Shown: positions 18,355 to 28,620, numbered from the stretch's first letter. The stretch is DNA of 64,000 bases from Turneriella sp. (GCA_965279515.1 CBDIID010000003.1:3360001-3424000); one strand, 5' to 3'. The notes: generated by a model from the letters alone, not told the origin. Numbers and translations are program-made.

Positions 18355-19725
18355 ATGGTGAACCAAATTCTTGCGGATCTGCAAAAGCTCCGCTACCAGA
18401 CAGATCTCCCACCCGGGCCGCCCGGCCTGCCCTTTGTGGGGCACCTCACCGACTTCAGACACGATCCCCTGGGTTTTCTCGACAAGCTCGCGCGCGACTA
18501 TGGTGACATCGTCTTCATCGAGATCGCGGGAAAGCCCGTGTATATCATCAACAAGCCTGAGCATATTCAGGAGCTCCTCATCAATAATGCGGGCAGGTTG
18601 CAGAAAGCGCTGGCGCTGGAAGTTTTAAAGCCGGTTTTCGGGCAGGGCCTACTTACCAGCGAAGGCGATTTTCATAAGCAGCAACGTAAACTTTCTGCCC
18701 CCGCGTTCGCGCGGACGAAACTCACGGGTTATGCGCAGACGATGATCGATCTCGCTGAAAACTTGAATCGCGAATTGGCGAGCCACAAACGTTTCGACAT
18801 GCACGAAGCAATGATGCGGCTGACGCTCAAGATTGTCGCGAAGACGCTCTTTGGTTCCGATGTCGAGAAAGATAGCGAGCGTGTCGCGCAGGCCATCGAA
18901 GATATTATGGCGATCACCGATCGCATTCTGAATCCGCTGGGGCCGGTGCTCAATGCATTGCCCACGCCGAAGACCTTACGCTTCCATGCCGCCGTCAAAG
19001 ACCTCGACGAGATTATTTTCCGCATTATTGCGCAGAAAAAGGCCGAAGGTATCGAAGGCAACGACCTGCTTTCGACGCTCATGGCGGTACGCGACGAAGA
19101 TGGTCAGCCCATGAGCGACAAACAGTTGCGCGACGAGTGTCTCACCATCTTTCTTGCGGGGCATGAAACGACGGCGAATGCGCTCAGCTGGACCTGGTAT
19201 CTTCTTAGCCAGCACCCGCAGGTGCAGCAGAAGCTCGAAGAAGAGTGGGCGCAGTTTGCAAATAAGGAAAAACTTTCTCCCGAAGACTATCCCCGCCTTG
19301 TTTACACGAAGCAGGTGATCTCCGAAAGTTTTCGTGTCTACCCGCCCGCCTGGATGATTTCAAGGCAGATCATGGAGGATATCCCCCTCGGCGGTTACAC
19401 GATTCCGAAGGGCGTCATGATCGTCATGAGCCAGTGGGCGGTTCATCACAATCCGAAATACTGGCCCGCTCCATATACATTTGATCCGGAGCGCTTTGCG
19501 CCTGAACACATGGACTCGCGGCATAAGTTCACATTCTTTCCGTTTGGTGGCGGCGTGCGCCAGTGTATCGGCGACCAATTTGCGTGGATGGAGGCCGTAT
19601 TGCTTTTGGCAACGATTGGCCGTAAGTTCCGCTTTTCTACAGTTTCGTCCAAGCCACCGCGACCGCAACCACTGATTACGCTCCGCCCCGCCGGCGGACT
19701 GCCGATGTACCGCGAAATCCATTGA
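18355..19725 (+). CDS. Cytochrome P450
   Basis: AGHETT I-helix, ExxR, PERF, FGGGVRQCIG heme motif. Confidence 0.95.
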   Translation: MVNQILADLQKLRYQTDLPPGPPGLPFVGHLTDFRHDPLGFLDKLARDYGDIVFIEIAGKPVYIINKPEHIQELLINNAGRLQKALALEVLKPVFGQGLLTSEGDFHKQQRKLSAPAFARTKLTGYAQTMIDLAENLNRELASHKRFDMHEAMMRLTLKIVAKTLFGSDVEKDSERVAQAIEDIMAITDRILNPLGPVLNALPTPKTLRFHAAVKDLDEIIFRIIAQKKAEGIEGNDLLSTLMAVRDEDGQPMSDKQLRDECLTIFLAGHETTANALSWTWYLLSQHPQVQQKLEEEWAQFANKEKLSPEDYPRLVYTKQVISESFRVYPPAWMISRQIMEDIPLGGYTIPKGVMIVMSQWAVHHNPKYWPAPYTFDPERFAPEHMDSRHKFTFFPFGGGVRQCIGDQFAWMEAVLLLATIGRKFRFSTVSSKPPRPQPLITLRPAGGLPMYREIH

Positions 19726-19825
19726 TTTGGCTAAAACCTGAAGATGACTGCCTATGGATGCCGCACATGCAGCGAGCATTCAGTTAGAGATTTCACGGGA
19801 ACCTCGGCGCCAAAATAACTGGCGT

Positions 19826-20101
19826 CTATTTAATCTTCCGAACCAGATGGTTGGCGCTGTCCGCCACATGCAGATTGGTGCCGTCGCTGGTAATCCCATT
19901 TGGATATTTGAACGTGGCCGCAGTACCCGTGCCATCGGCAGACCCGCTGGTGGTTGAGCCGGCCAAGGTGGTGACAATACCATTTGGGTTCAACCCTGAA
20001 CTTGACTGGCTAGTACTGCCGGCTGAACTTGATGACGACGCGGAAATGGCGCAACTGGATAGGATTCCCCCAATTATTAGCAGGCCAATCAATGGTTTCA
20101 T
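19826..20101 (-). CDS. Single-blade NHL-type lipoprotein
   Basis: AGGAGA RBS, lipobox ILSSC, Ser-rich linker, one blade ending RKIK-stop. Confidence 0.7.
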   Translation of the reverse strand: MKPLIGLLIIGGILSSCAISASSSSSAGSTSQSSSGLNPNGIVTTLAGSTTSGSADGTGTAATFKYPNGITSDGTNLHVADSANHLVRKIK

Positions 20102-20130
20102 ACATATCTCCTTGGCAACCCGTGCCTTTA

Positions 20131-21249
20131 CTATTGAATCTTGCGAATTCGGTGATTGCTCTGATCAGCTACATACAGGTTTGTACCGTCGGTGGTAACG
20201 CCCTTGGGGTAAAAAAACGTCGCGGCCGTGCCCGTGCCGTCAGCGCTGCCCTGTCCACTACCCGCCAACGTTGTCACCACACCGGTCGCAATGACAATTT
20301 TGCGAATGCGGTGAATGTCATTATCCACAACGTACAGGTTCGTGCCGTCGGTGGTAAGGCCAGAGGGTTGGCTAAACGTCGCTGTTGTACCTGTGCCATC
20401 GGCGCTGCCCTTCCCATTACCGGCTAGAGTTGTGACCACACCCGTCGCAATGACAATCTTGCGAATTCGGTAATTGGCGTTATCTGCTACATACAGGTTC
20501 GTACCATCGGTGGTGACATCCGTGGGTTGCCAAAACGTCGCTGCCGTGCCCGTGCCGTCAGCATTGCCCGGCCCATTGCCCGCCAGAGTTGTGACCACGG
20601 CCGTGGCAATGACAATCTTACGAATCTGGTTATTAACTTGATCAGCTACATACAGGTTTGTTCCGTCGGTGGTAATGCCGGAGGGTTGATTAAACGTCGC
20701 AGCGGTTCCCGTGCCATTGTTGTCGCCTGGGCCAAAGCCCGCCAGAGTCGTAACCACGCCCGTGGCAATGACAATCTTGCGAATTCTGTTATTACTCACT
20801 TCAGCTACATACAGGTTCGTACCATCGGTAGTGATGCCAGTCGGGTTGTTAAACGCTGCGGCAGTACCCGTTCCGTTTGTGGTGTCGGCGGTCCCACTGC
20901 CCGCAAGTGTCGTGACCACGCCCGTCGCAATGACAACCTTGCGTATCTTGTTATTGGACTGATCGGCTACATAAAGGTTCGTACCATCGGTCGTCACGCC
21001 TGCAGGGTTTTGAAACATCGCGGCATTACCCGTGCCCTCGGCATCGCCCGACCCACTGCCCGCCAGCGTTGTCACTGCCCCGGTCAAAGATAACGGGCAA
21101 GTAGATTTGCCACTCAGCAGAACTTTCGCGCACGTCGAAGGCGATGAGCCGCCACCTGCCGTGCTGTCATTGCCGCCACTGCTATTGCTGTTACAGAAAA
21201 GAAGCAATGTGCAAAATGCCATTGCGATTGCAGAATACTGTTTTTTCAT
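20131..21249 (-). CDS. Six-blade NHL-type beta-propeller lipoprotein
   Basis: GAGGAG RBS before MKKQY; lipobox LLFC; six ~53-aa repeats. Confidence 0.9.
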   Translation of the reverse strand: MKKQYSAIAMAFCTLLLFCNSNSSGGNDSTAGGGSSPSTCAKVLLSGKSTCPLSLTGAVTTLAGSGSGDAEGTGNAAMFQNPAGVTTDGTNLYVADQSNNKIRKVVIATGVVTTLAGSGTADTTNGTGTAAAFNNPTGITTDGTNLYVAEVSNNRIRKIVIATGVVTTLAGFGPGDNNGTGTAATFNQPSGITTDGTNLYVADQVNNQIRKIVIATAVVTTLAGNGPGNADGTGTAATFWQPTDVTTDGTNLYVADNANYRIRKIVIATGVVTTLAGNGKGSADGTGTTATFSQPSGLTTDGTNLYVVDNDIHRIRKIVIATGVVTTLAGSGQGSADGTGTAATFFYPKGVTTDGTNLYVADQSNHRIRKIQ

Positions 21250-21268
21250 ATTCGCTCCTCTCATATTG

Positions 21269-22375
21269 CTATTGAATCTTGCGAATTCGGTGATTGCCCA
21301 AATCGCCAACATACAGCTTCGTACCATCAGTAGTAAGGCCATATGGAAAGCTAAACGTCGCGGCAGTGCCCGTCCCGTCGGCATTGCCCCCCCCATTACC
21401 TGCCAGCGTTGTCACCACACCCGTTGCAATCACAATCTTGCGAATTCGGTGATTGAAACCGTCTGATACATAGAGGTTCGTGCTGTCGGTGGTAATGCCA
21501 TAAGGATTGTTAAACGTTGCAGCGGTCCCGGTCCCATCGGCATTGCCAGACCCGTTGCCCGCCAGCGTTGTCACCACACCCGTCGCAATCACAATCTTAC
21601 GAATTCGATGATTGCTTGAATCTGCTACATACAGGTTCGTACCGTCGGTAGTAATGGCATACGGATAGTTGAACGCCGCAGCAGTCCCGTTGCCATCGGT
21701 ACTGCCCTGCCCACCATTGCCTGCCAGAGTCGTAACCACACCCGTCGCAATGACAATCTTGCGGATTAGGTGATTATTCAATTCAGCTACATATAGGTTT
21801 GTACCGTCCGTGGTAATGCCAGCGGGTCTGTCGAACCTCGCCGCGGTGCCTGTGCCGTTGGCGTAGCCCTGCCCGTTGCCCGCCAGAGTTGTAACCACAC
21901 CCGTCGCAATAACAATCATTCGGATTCGGTGATTGTTCAAATCGCCAACATACAGGTTCGTACCATCCGTGGTAATGCCCGTGGGTTGATCAAACGTCGC
22001 GGCAGTGCCCGTGCCGTCGGCGTAACCAGACCCATTTCCCGCCAGAGTTGTAACTAAACCTGTTGCAATGACAACCTTGCGAATGCTGTGATTGGAACGA
22101 TCGGCTACATACAGGTTCGTACCATCGGTTGTAATGCCAATGGGTTGGTTAAACATCGCGGCAGTGCCCGTGCCATCCGCGTTACCCTGCGAACTGCCCG
22201 CCAGTGTTGTGACCACCGCAGTCAAAGATAACGGGCAATTGGAGTTGCCACTCAGCAAAGCTTTTGCACACCCTGAAGGGGATGAGCCACCACCACCCGC
22301 GCTATCGCCGCTGCTGCTACAGGCGAAAAACAGTGAGCAGAACGCCACTGCGATTGCGAAATATTGTTTTTTCAT
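21269..22375 (-). CDS. Six-blade NHL-type beta-propeller lipoprotein
   Basis: AGGAG RBS; lipobox FFAC; six repeats. Confidence 0.9.
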   Translation of the reverse strand: MKKQYFAIAVAFCSLFFACSSSGDSAGGGGSSPSGCAKALLSGNSNCPLSLTAVVTTLAGSSQGNADGTGTAAMFNQPIGITTDGTNLYVADRSNHSIRKVVIATGLVTTLAGNGSGYADGTGTAATFDQPTGITTDGTNLYVGDLNNHRIRMIVIATGVVTTLAGNGQGYANGTGTAARFDRPAGITTDGTNLYVAELNNHLIRKIVIATGVVTTLAGNGGQGSTDGNGTAAAFNYPYAITTDGTNLYVADSSNHRIRKIVIATGVVTTLAGNGSGNADGTGTAATFNNPYGITTDSTNLYVSDGFNHRIRKIVIATGVVTTLAGNGGGNADGTGTAATFSFPYGLTTDGTKLYVGDLGNHRIRKIQ

Positions 22376-22388
22376 ATTGGCTCCTTTA

Positions 22389-23495
22389 CTATTGAATTTT
22401 GCGAATTCGGTGATTGTTAAAATCAGCTATATACAGGTTCGTACCGTCGGTGGTAACGTCATTGGGGAGGTTAAACGTCGCGGCCGTGCCCGTGCCGTCT
22501 GCATTTCCAGACCCATTGCCCGCCAGCGTTGTGACCACCCCCGACGCAATCACAATCTTGCGAATTCGATGATTAGCATAATCAGTTACATACAGGTTCG
22601 TACCGTCGGTAGTAACGCCAGTGGGGAGGATAAACGTCGCGGCCGTGCCCGTGCCGTCTGCATTTCCAGACCCATTGCCCGCCAGCGTTGTTACCACCCC
22701 CGTCGCAATCACAATCTTGCGAATTCGGTGATTGCTCTGATCAGCTACATACAGGTTCGTACCGTCGGTGGTAACGCCAGTTGGTTGGTTAAACGTCGCG
22801 GCCGTACCCGTGCCGTCTGCATTTCCAGACCCATTGCCTGCCAGCGTTGTTACCACCCCAGTCGCAATGATAATCTTGCGAATTCGGTGATTGCTATAAT
22901 CAGCTATGTACAGGTTCGTACCGTCGGTGGTAACGCCAGCGGGTTGATTAAACGTCGCGGCAGTGCCCGTGCCATCTGCATTTCCAGACCCATTGCCTGC
23001 CAGCGTTGTTACCACCCCAGTCGCAATGATAATCTTGCGAATTCGGTGATTGTCCTGATCAGCTATATACAGGTTCGTCCCGTCGGTGGTAACGCCAGAG
23101 GGGGAATTAAACGTCGCGGCAGTGCCCGTGCCATCTGCATTGCCAGACCCATTACCCGCCAGCGTTGTGACTACACCCGTCGCAATAACAATCTTGCGAA
23201 TTCTATGATTTTGCCGATCACCTACATACAGGTTCGTGCCGTCGGTGGTAACGCCAGTGGGGAGGTTAAACGTCGCCGCAGTGCCCGTGCCGTCTGCATT
23301 GCCAGCCCCATTGCCTGCCAGGGTTGTGACCGCCGCGGTTAGCGACAGGGGGCATGTTGATTTGCCACCCATCAATGCTTTCGTGCACACTGAGGGGGAT
23401 GAGCCACCACCCGCCGCGCTGTCGCTGCTGCTACAGGCAAAAAGCAATGCGCAAAACGCCACTGCGATGGCAGAATATTCTTTTTTCAGCTTCAT
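22389..23495 (-). CDS. Six-blade NHL-type beta-propeller lipoprotein
   Basis: Lipobox LFAC; six near-identical 53-aa repeats. Confidence 0.9.
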   Translation of the reverse strand: MKLKKEYSAIAVAFCALLFACSSSDSAAGGGSSPSVCTKALMGGKSTCPLSLTAAVTTLAGNGAGNADGTGTAATFNLPTGVTTDGTNLYVGDRQNHRIRKIVIATGVVTTLAGNGSGNADGTGTAATFNSPSGVTTDGTNLYIADQDNHRIRKIIIATGVVTTLAGNGSGNADGTGTAATFNQPAGVTTDGTNLYIADYSNHRIRKIIIATGVVTTLAGNGSGNADGTGTAATFNQPTGVTTDGTNLYVADQSNHRIRKIVIATGVVTTLAGNGSGNADGTGTAATFILPTGVTTDGTNLYVTDYANHRIRKIVIASGVVTTLAGNGSGNADGTGTAATFNLPNDVTTDGTNLYIADFNNHRIRKIQ

Positions 23496-23530
23496 GGCAG
23501 AAGCCTACGAACTAAAAACTCAATTGGCAA
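23496..23530 (-). promoter_or_regulatory. Sigma70-like promoter abutting the start codon
   Basis: TTGCCA-N17-TAGGCT-N6-ATG, no SD. Confidence 0.5.
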
Positions 23531-23547
23531 AAAAGAAACTATCGATC

Positions 23548-24693
23548 TTAGAAGTTCTGAGTTTTTTTCTTGAGTTGGCGCCGGTACTTTCCCGGGCTTA
23601 TGCCCGTCATGGCCTGGAAAACAAAATAGAAATAGGTATCGCTGTTGAAACCTGTTTCACGAGCGACGATTTGATTGTTCGCTTTTGGATCCGCGGCAAA
23701 GAGTCGCTGCGCTTCAACAATACGAAACTCGTTGAGGTAGGTCGTAAAACGCTTTTTTTCGACCTGGTTAAGGTAGGCGGAAAGTTGGTGTGGAGCGACC
23801 CCCACCTCCGCCGCGAGAACCGAAACGGTCAAATCACTTTTTTTATATATGGCATCTTGCCCCATGAGTATACGTAATTTTTCGGAAATTCTCTTGATAT
23901 CGGTATCCTTCAATGATACTCTTGCATCCGGATCACTTTGATCCGCCGTTCGGGTCCGCATGTTTCTCTCGTATAAGACCCAGGGAAATGCCTGGCCGAT
24001 CAGATACAGGAAAAAGATAAAAACACAGAAAATGAGACCGGCAATTGAAATCAGAGACACGGAACCGCTGAGAACCCCGTACATGCCGACCGACCTGGAG
24101 ATTAATCCGAAAACAAGAAGGACGCTCAAATAAAAGTAAAAATTGCGCCACATGCCTTCACGATCGAATGAACGCCAGAGGCGAATCAATCCCAGTAATA
24201 AGAAAATCATGGAATTTAGACTAAACAGGACATTGCTAATCTTGAAAACTGAAATCCCCAAAATCTGCGGCTCATGCCAATACAGATAACCTGAAGTAAC
24301 CATTATGCGAATAAGCTCGCTTTTTTCGACAGCCGGTAAGGTCCAAAAGGGCCAAAGAGGTATGGCATAGACGGCAATACATCCAATAATGACGAAGAGA
24401 TGACGCATTTCAAGAATGAAATGATCGTCGCAAAGACTGCACACGTAGAAGTAGCAGAGGCAACCTGCGGCAATGCCGGCAAGGTTGCCTGTAAGAAAGA
24501 GGTGACTGTAAGAAACTAAAGAAAGATCGAAAACCATCTTAATATAAACCAGAAGATATGCCATACAAAGATACATAAAAAACGCGGTACGGTTCTTGCT
24601 ATTCTTCAGGTGAAAAATCTGACCCATGGCAATCAGGAAGGCGCCGAAAGCAGATAGAAGAAACAGCACGGACAAATTGTCGGCAGAATTCAT
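23548..24693 (-). CDS. Membrane-embedded AraC-family regulator (multi-TM N-domain plus HTH)
   Basis: About 7 TM segments; PHQLSAYLN...FTTYLNEFR...GFNS...FQAMTGISPGKYR. Confidence 0.9.
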   Translation of the reverse strand: MNSADNLSVLFLLSAFGAFLIAMGQIFHLKNSKNRTAFFMYLCMAYLLVYIKMVFDLSLVSYSHLFLTGNLAGIAAGCLCYFYVCSLCDDHFILEMRHLFVIIGCIAVYAIPLWPFWTLPAVEKSELIRIMVTSGYLYWHEPQILGISVFKISNVLFSLNSMIFLLLGLIRLWRSFDREGMWRNFYFYLSVLLVFGLISRSVGMYGVLSGSVSLISIAGLIFCVFIFFLYLIGQAFPWVLYERNMRTRTADQSDPDARVSLKDTDIKRISEKLRILMGQDAIYKKSDLTVSVLAAEVGVAPHQLSAYLNQVEKKRFTTYLNEFRIVEAQRLFAADPKANNQIVARETGFNSDTYFYFVFQAMTGISPGKYRRQLKKKTQNF

Positions 24694-24810
24694 AGAGAGT
24701 TCTTCCAAAGGATGTGTGATTCTGTAAATGATTTCATCGTGCTTTTCCCGCTGAGGGTCTGTGCGCCGCGAAATCCATTGATCGCCTGTTAGGGCGGGCG
24801 AAGACGGGTA

Positions 24811-25713
24811 ATGGACCTCAAGGGAAAAAATATCGCCGTCACCGGCGCGACCGGCATGATCGGCGTCTACATCTGCCGTGCGCTCTTGCAGCGCGGCGCG
24901 CATGTTGTTGGCGTGGTGCGTAATCCTGACAAAGCGCCGTTTCTTAAAAATGAAGGTGTCGAATTCCGCAAGGCCGACCTCATGGATTCAGCTTCGCTTG
25001 AGCGCGCCTTCATCGGCTGCGACGCCGTGGTTTCGAACGCGGCGCTCTACAAGGTTACGAATATGAATTGGGAGGATAACTACCGTCCCAACAAGATCGG
25101 CACTGAAAATGTTTTCAACGCCGCCGCAAAAAATGGCATTAAACGCATCGTGCATATATCGAGCGTCGCAGTTTACCAGTTCACCATCTTCGGTGAGATC
25201 GACGAGACATCTGCGCAGGTGAACGGCGAAGCGCGCGAGGGTGGCGCCTACCGGGCGACCAAACAACTCAGCGAAGATCTGGCATGGAAGCTCGCGACGC
25301 AGAATGGCATTAGCCTGACGACGCTGCGCCCCTCGGGTGTCTATGGCGCGCGCGATTCGAATATTATGCCTTATTTCAAATGGGCGATGAAGCTGCCCTT
25401 TCTGCCGATACCCGGGCTCAGTTGGCCGCTCGTCTATGCAGGCGATGTTGCCGACGCGGTGGTTGCTTCTTTAGAAAACGATTCATCGGGCGGCTCGGCC
25501 TACAACACCACGGGCGATGGCCGTGATTTTGCCGATTTTCTCTCCGCGTGGCAAGAGGCCGCGGGCAAGGGCGCGCGTGTCTTTAAGATTCCCGTCGGCC
25601 TTGGCGTGAAATTCAGTTTTACCAAAGCCGCGCGCGATCTCGGTTTTCGCAACAAACCCTTCGTCGAAGCGCTCGGCGAAATCTTTGCCGAAGAGCCCGA
25701 ACTCGTCGGCTGA
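24811..25713 (+). CDS. NAD-dependent epimerase/dehydratase (extended SDR)
   Basis: TGATGMIG; YRATK (YxxxK). Confidence 0.88.
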   Translation: MDLKGKNIAVTGATGMIGVYICRALLQRGAHVVGVVRNPDKAPFLKNEGVEFRKADLMDSASLERAFIGCDAVVSNAALYKVTNMNWEDNYRPNKIGTENVFNAAAKNGIKRIVHISSVAVYQFTIFGEIDETSAQVNGEAREGGAYRATKQLSEDLAWKLATQNGISLTTLRPSGVYGARDSNIMPYFKWAMKLPFLPIPGLSWPLVYAGDVADAVVASLENDSSGGSAYNTTGDGRDFADFLSAWQEAAGKGARVFKIPVGLGVKFSFTKAARDLGFRNKPFVEALGEIFAEEPELVG

Positions 25714-25715
25714 TT

Positions 25716-26384
25716 TTGAAACAGAATAGGGGCTTGTATATTGCGGGCGCCGTCGCCGCCCTGGTTATCGTTCTCATCATTCCTGTTCAAATATTTATTT
25801 TTATAACCTGGCCACCGCCCGCCGGCGTCGCCGATTTTTTTGCGTTATTTGAGCGGAATTGGCTTCTGGGGCTCTTGAGCCTTGACCTGTTATATATTTT
25901 TAATAACATCTTTCTGGTCCTGGTTTATCTGGCACTCTACGCCGCCTTGAGGCCGAACCATGCCTCAGCGGCATTGATTGCACTCGCGCTGGGCCTTATT
26001 GGTATCGCGGCTTATTATTCTTCAGCAGTGGCCTTCGAGGTGTTATCGCTGAGCCAGCAATACGCCGCCACGACCAGCGCCGACCTCAAAATTCAGTATC
26101 TCGCTGCCGGTCGCGTGATGCTCGAGGTCTATAAAGGTACAGCCTTCAACGTGTATTACGTTCTGAACGCCGTTGCCCTGATTATTTTCGCCGCCGCCAT
26201 GCTGCGCGGTACGGTTTTCAGCCGGCCAACCGCGGTTTGGGGATTATTTTCGGGAATTCTCATGCTCGTGCCGACAACAGCCGGAAAGGTCGGCCTCATT
26301 CTCGGCATCGCCTCGCTCTTGCCATGGACGGTATTTTCTGTGTTGGTTGCGTTGAGACTTTTTCGCTTAAGCCGCCAATTCTAA
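25716..26384 (+). CDS. DUF4386-like membrane protein
   Basis: Multi-TM; LSLSQQYA motif. Confidence 0.65.
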   Translation: MKQNRGLYIAGAVAALVIVLIIPVQIFIFITWPPPAGVADFFALFERNWLLGLLSLDLLYIFNNIFLVLVYLALYAALRPNHASAALIALALGLIGIAAYYSSAVAFEVLSLSQQYAATTSADLKIQYLAAGRVMLEVYKGTAFNVYYVLNAVALIIFAAAMLRGTVFSRPTAVWGLFSGILMLVPTTAGKVGLILGIASLLPWTVFSVLVALRLFRLSRQF

Positions 26385-26385
26385 T

Positions 26386-28620
26386 TTAAGGCAGCACGCC
26401 CAAATTCACGGAATCAAAAAAAAGCAGATCGGTAGAGGCTCCCGTGCCACTGACATAATTCGCCCGCAGCGAAACCCCGGCATACATAGCGTCGTCCGGC
26501 ACATCGCTTGCGGTGCGGGTATATTCGGCGTACTCCCAGGTGTCAGGGCTGGTCAGGCTAAATCCGGTCTGCGCGTGCGAGGCGGTCGAAGCGGCCTGGG
26601 TGCAGGCAGCGTCTTTAAAATAATATACCTTGAGCGCCGTGCGGGTGCGCGTTACAGCGGCGGGGGTTCTCAGCCAGGCATTGGCCCTGAGGCCCGACAA
26701 GGGATTGATCGCCATGCAGCTCGAACGCACCTCGCGTCCGCTGATTGCCGACGTCAGTGTAGAAAAGGCGGCGACGTTGGTGCCGTTCTGTGCCGTTACA
26801 GTACCCTTCGATGACTGAAAAATACCTGACGTCAATACCTGCCAACCCACCGGGGGATTCCCGGTATTCGATTCGAAAGAGGGATTCGTGATGCCGGCGA
26901 CGGGCGGCGCAGGCGGCGAACCGGGTACAGAAACCAGAATGTCGTCAAATTGAATTGTATCTGAAGATGCTCCGACGCCGCTGACATATTGCGCGCGTAT
27001 CGAGACATAGGCAAAGCGCACATCGTCGGGAATGTCTGACGCAGCGCGGTTGTATTCGCGCTTCTCCCACGTCGAAACGGCAGACAGCGACGCCGCAGTC
27101 TGCGCTTCGGATGTCAGCGATGCAGGCATGCCGCAAGCAGCGTCGGTGAAATAAGATATTTTGAGACCTACCTTGGTATTCGCCACCGGCTTACTTGTCC
27201 TCACATAACCCGAAAAATTGAGCGCTTTTTGCGGATCGACAGCAAAGCACGACGACCGCGCTTCCCGGCCCGAGAGCGCCGTGGTGAGCGTCGCAAACTG
27301 CGCGTAATTATTCCCCGTTTGTGCATTCACAGAATTCGCAGCCGAAAGCGCACCGGCTGTCTGGAGAATCCAATCGGCAGGCGGTGAGTTCAAGTCGGCT
27401 TCAAACGAACCGTTCTTGATGAGGTTCTGCGGATTATCCGGCGTCACATAATAGGTGAGGCTGAGATCGTAATCTCCCGCGGCATAACCCACGAGCATGA
27501 CATAAACTTTTTCAACACCGGCAGGCGCCGTGATGTCACAGACTTCTGCTTTGCCGGTGTGGAGGTAGGGGCGGCATGTATATGTCGAAGTCGTGGGTGC
27601 GGATGTCCAGCGCACATACATATCGATGTCGCCCGTAAGCGCGAGGTTTGCCACGAAGCGTTTCAGCTGGACTACGTTGAGCGGACCCAAGACGGTCCTC
27701 TCACCCTGGGCAAGATATCCCGAAAAAGTCTGGATTGTCTCGTTGGCTGCGGGTGGCACCGGTAAAGGCGTGCCTGGCGCGCCATAGAGATTCGCGATGC
27801 CTTCTTTGTCGTAGGCGGTCAGGTCGAGCGCATCGCCGACACCGTTACAGAAAGGATACATCATGACCGACTGGTTGTCGTAGGGTGTCAGGGCACGAAA
27901 ATCCAAATCTTCTGCGCAGCTCATGTCGCCGTTCTGCGGACGGATGTGTTCGTGGCGAAAGCCGAGTGTGTGGCCGAGTTCGTGCCGCAAAATACCTTCG
28001 AGCGTATTGTGCGGATCGTTACCAAAGGAGAGCGGCCAGACGACCAGGCTGCGGTTGGGCCGCGAGTCGGATGGAAAAAATGCGCGCGCGTAGGTGTCAG
28101 AATTCGTGTCGTTCAGGTAGGTGACGTTGAAGAGTACATTGTTGTTGGTCGTGGTGCAATCCGCATCCTGCGACGGTTCGTAGATGAACTTCACATCGCC
28201 GGCGGCTCCCCAGGCCGAGGTTGCAACCGCCATCGCCGTTACCATGCGCGATTTTTTTGTCCCGAAATTATCAGAGATGCAGTAGGTTAGGTTACGCCGC
28301 TGATTGAAGCTCCACGCGCTGTCATAACCGGCGGTATGGCTGACCGCAAGTTCGGCTGAGATCACTTTGGTAATGTTTTTGTTATAGTACTCGAGGAGTA
28401 ATTTTTCGTTCGCGATACCGAGATCGCGTTCGACGACGTATGCACCGTCTTCACCCGGTTCTTTATAGAGGCGGGATTTCCATGCGTTAAATGTCGGCGC
28501 GCCCGTGACCTGCAACGGCTGGCCGGCATAGCTGTCAGGAGCGTTACCCGCGACGCAGTGCGCGAGGCTCAACACAGTGAAAATGAGGAACCATTTCACA
28601 ACGTAAAAATTTTTCCCCAT
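26386..28620 (-). CDS. Metzincin metalloprotease (M57/M10-like) with PPC and two CBM4/9-like domains
   Basis: HELGHTLGFRH, SVMMY Met-turn, GDIDMYV PPC motif, two NxSFE modules; lipoprotein-like signal. Confidence 0.85.
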   Translation of the reverse strand: MGKNFYVVKWFLIFTVLSLAHCVAGNAPDSYAGQPLQVTGAPTFNAWKSRLYKEPGEDGAYVVERDLGIANEKLLLEYYNKNITKVISAELAVSHTAGYDSAWSFNQRRNLTYCISDNFGTKKSRMVTAMAVATSAWGAAGDVKFIYEPSQDADCTTTNNNVLFNVTYLNDTNSDTYARAFFPSDSRPNRSLVVWPLSFGNDPHNTLEGILRHELGHTLGFRHEHIRPQNGDMSCAEDLDFRALTPYDNQSVMMYPFCNGVGDALDLTAYDKEGIANLYGAPGTPLPVPPAANETIQTFSGYLAQGERTVLGPLNVVQLKRFVANLALTGDIDMYVRWTSAPTTSTYTCRPYLHTGKAEVCDITAPAGVEKVYVMLVGYAAGDYDLSLTYYVTPDNPQNLIKNGSFEADLNSPPADWILQTAGALSAANSVNAQTGNNYAQFATLTTALSGREARSSCFAVDPQKALNFSGYVRTSKPVANTKVGLKISYFTDAACGMPASLTSEAQTAASLSAVSTWEKREYNRAASDIPDDVRFAYVSIRAQYVSGVGASSDTIQFDDILVSVPGSPPAPPVAGITNPSFESNTGNPPVGWQVLTSGIFQSSKGTVTAQNGTNVAAFSTLTSAISGREVRSSCMAINPLSGLRANAWLRTPAAVTRTRTALKVYYFKDAACTQAASTASHAQTGFSLTSPDTWEYAEYTRTASDVPDDAMYAGVSLRANYVSGTGASTDLLFFDSVNLGVLP

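Larger units (their letters stand above)
20131..23330 (-). repeat. Coding tandem repeat, ~159-bp unit, 18 copies across three genes
   Basis: TCAGxTAxATACAGGTTC recurs at ~22423, 22582 and 22741 (159-bp period). Confidence 0.9.

Noticed and set aside
20131..23330. CRISPR array
   Set aside because: 159-bp in-frame coding repeats with no unique spacers and no cas genes
22092..23342. 416-aa plus-strand ORF
   Set aside because: Antisense shadow of the repeat genes; lack of stops is propagated by the repeat
19826..23495. Diversity-generating retroelement
   Set aside because: No reverse transcriptase in the window; variable codons also differ at positions not explained by adenine-only mutagenesis of one template; all repeats are coding
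23548..24903. AraC start at 24903 overlapping the epimerase
   Set aside because: ATG 24693 gives a clean TM N-terminus and removes the overlap; similar over-extended starts were trimmed elsewhere
24811..25713. Ceramide reductase (CerR) assignment
   Set aside because: Only generic extended-SDR motifs; not linked to the SPT-like gene
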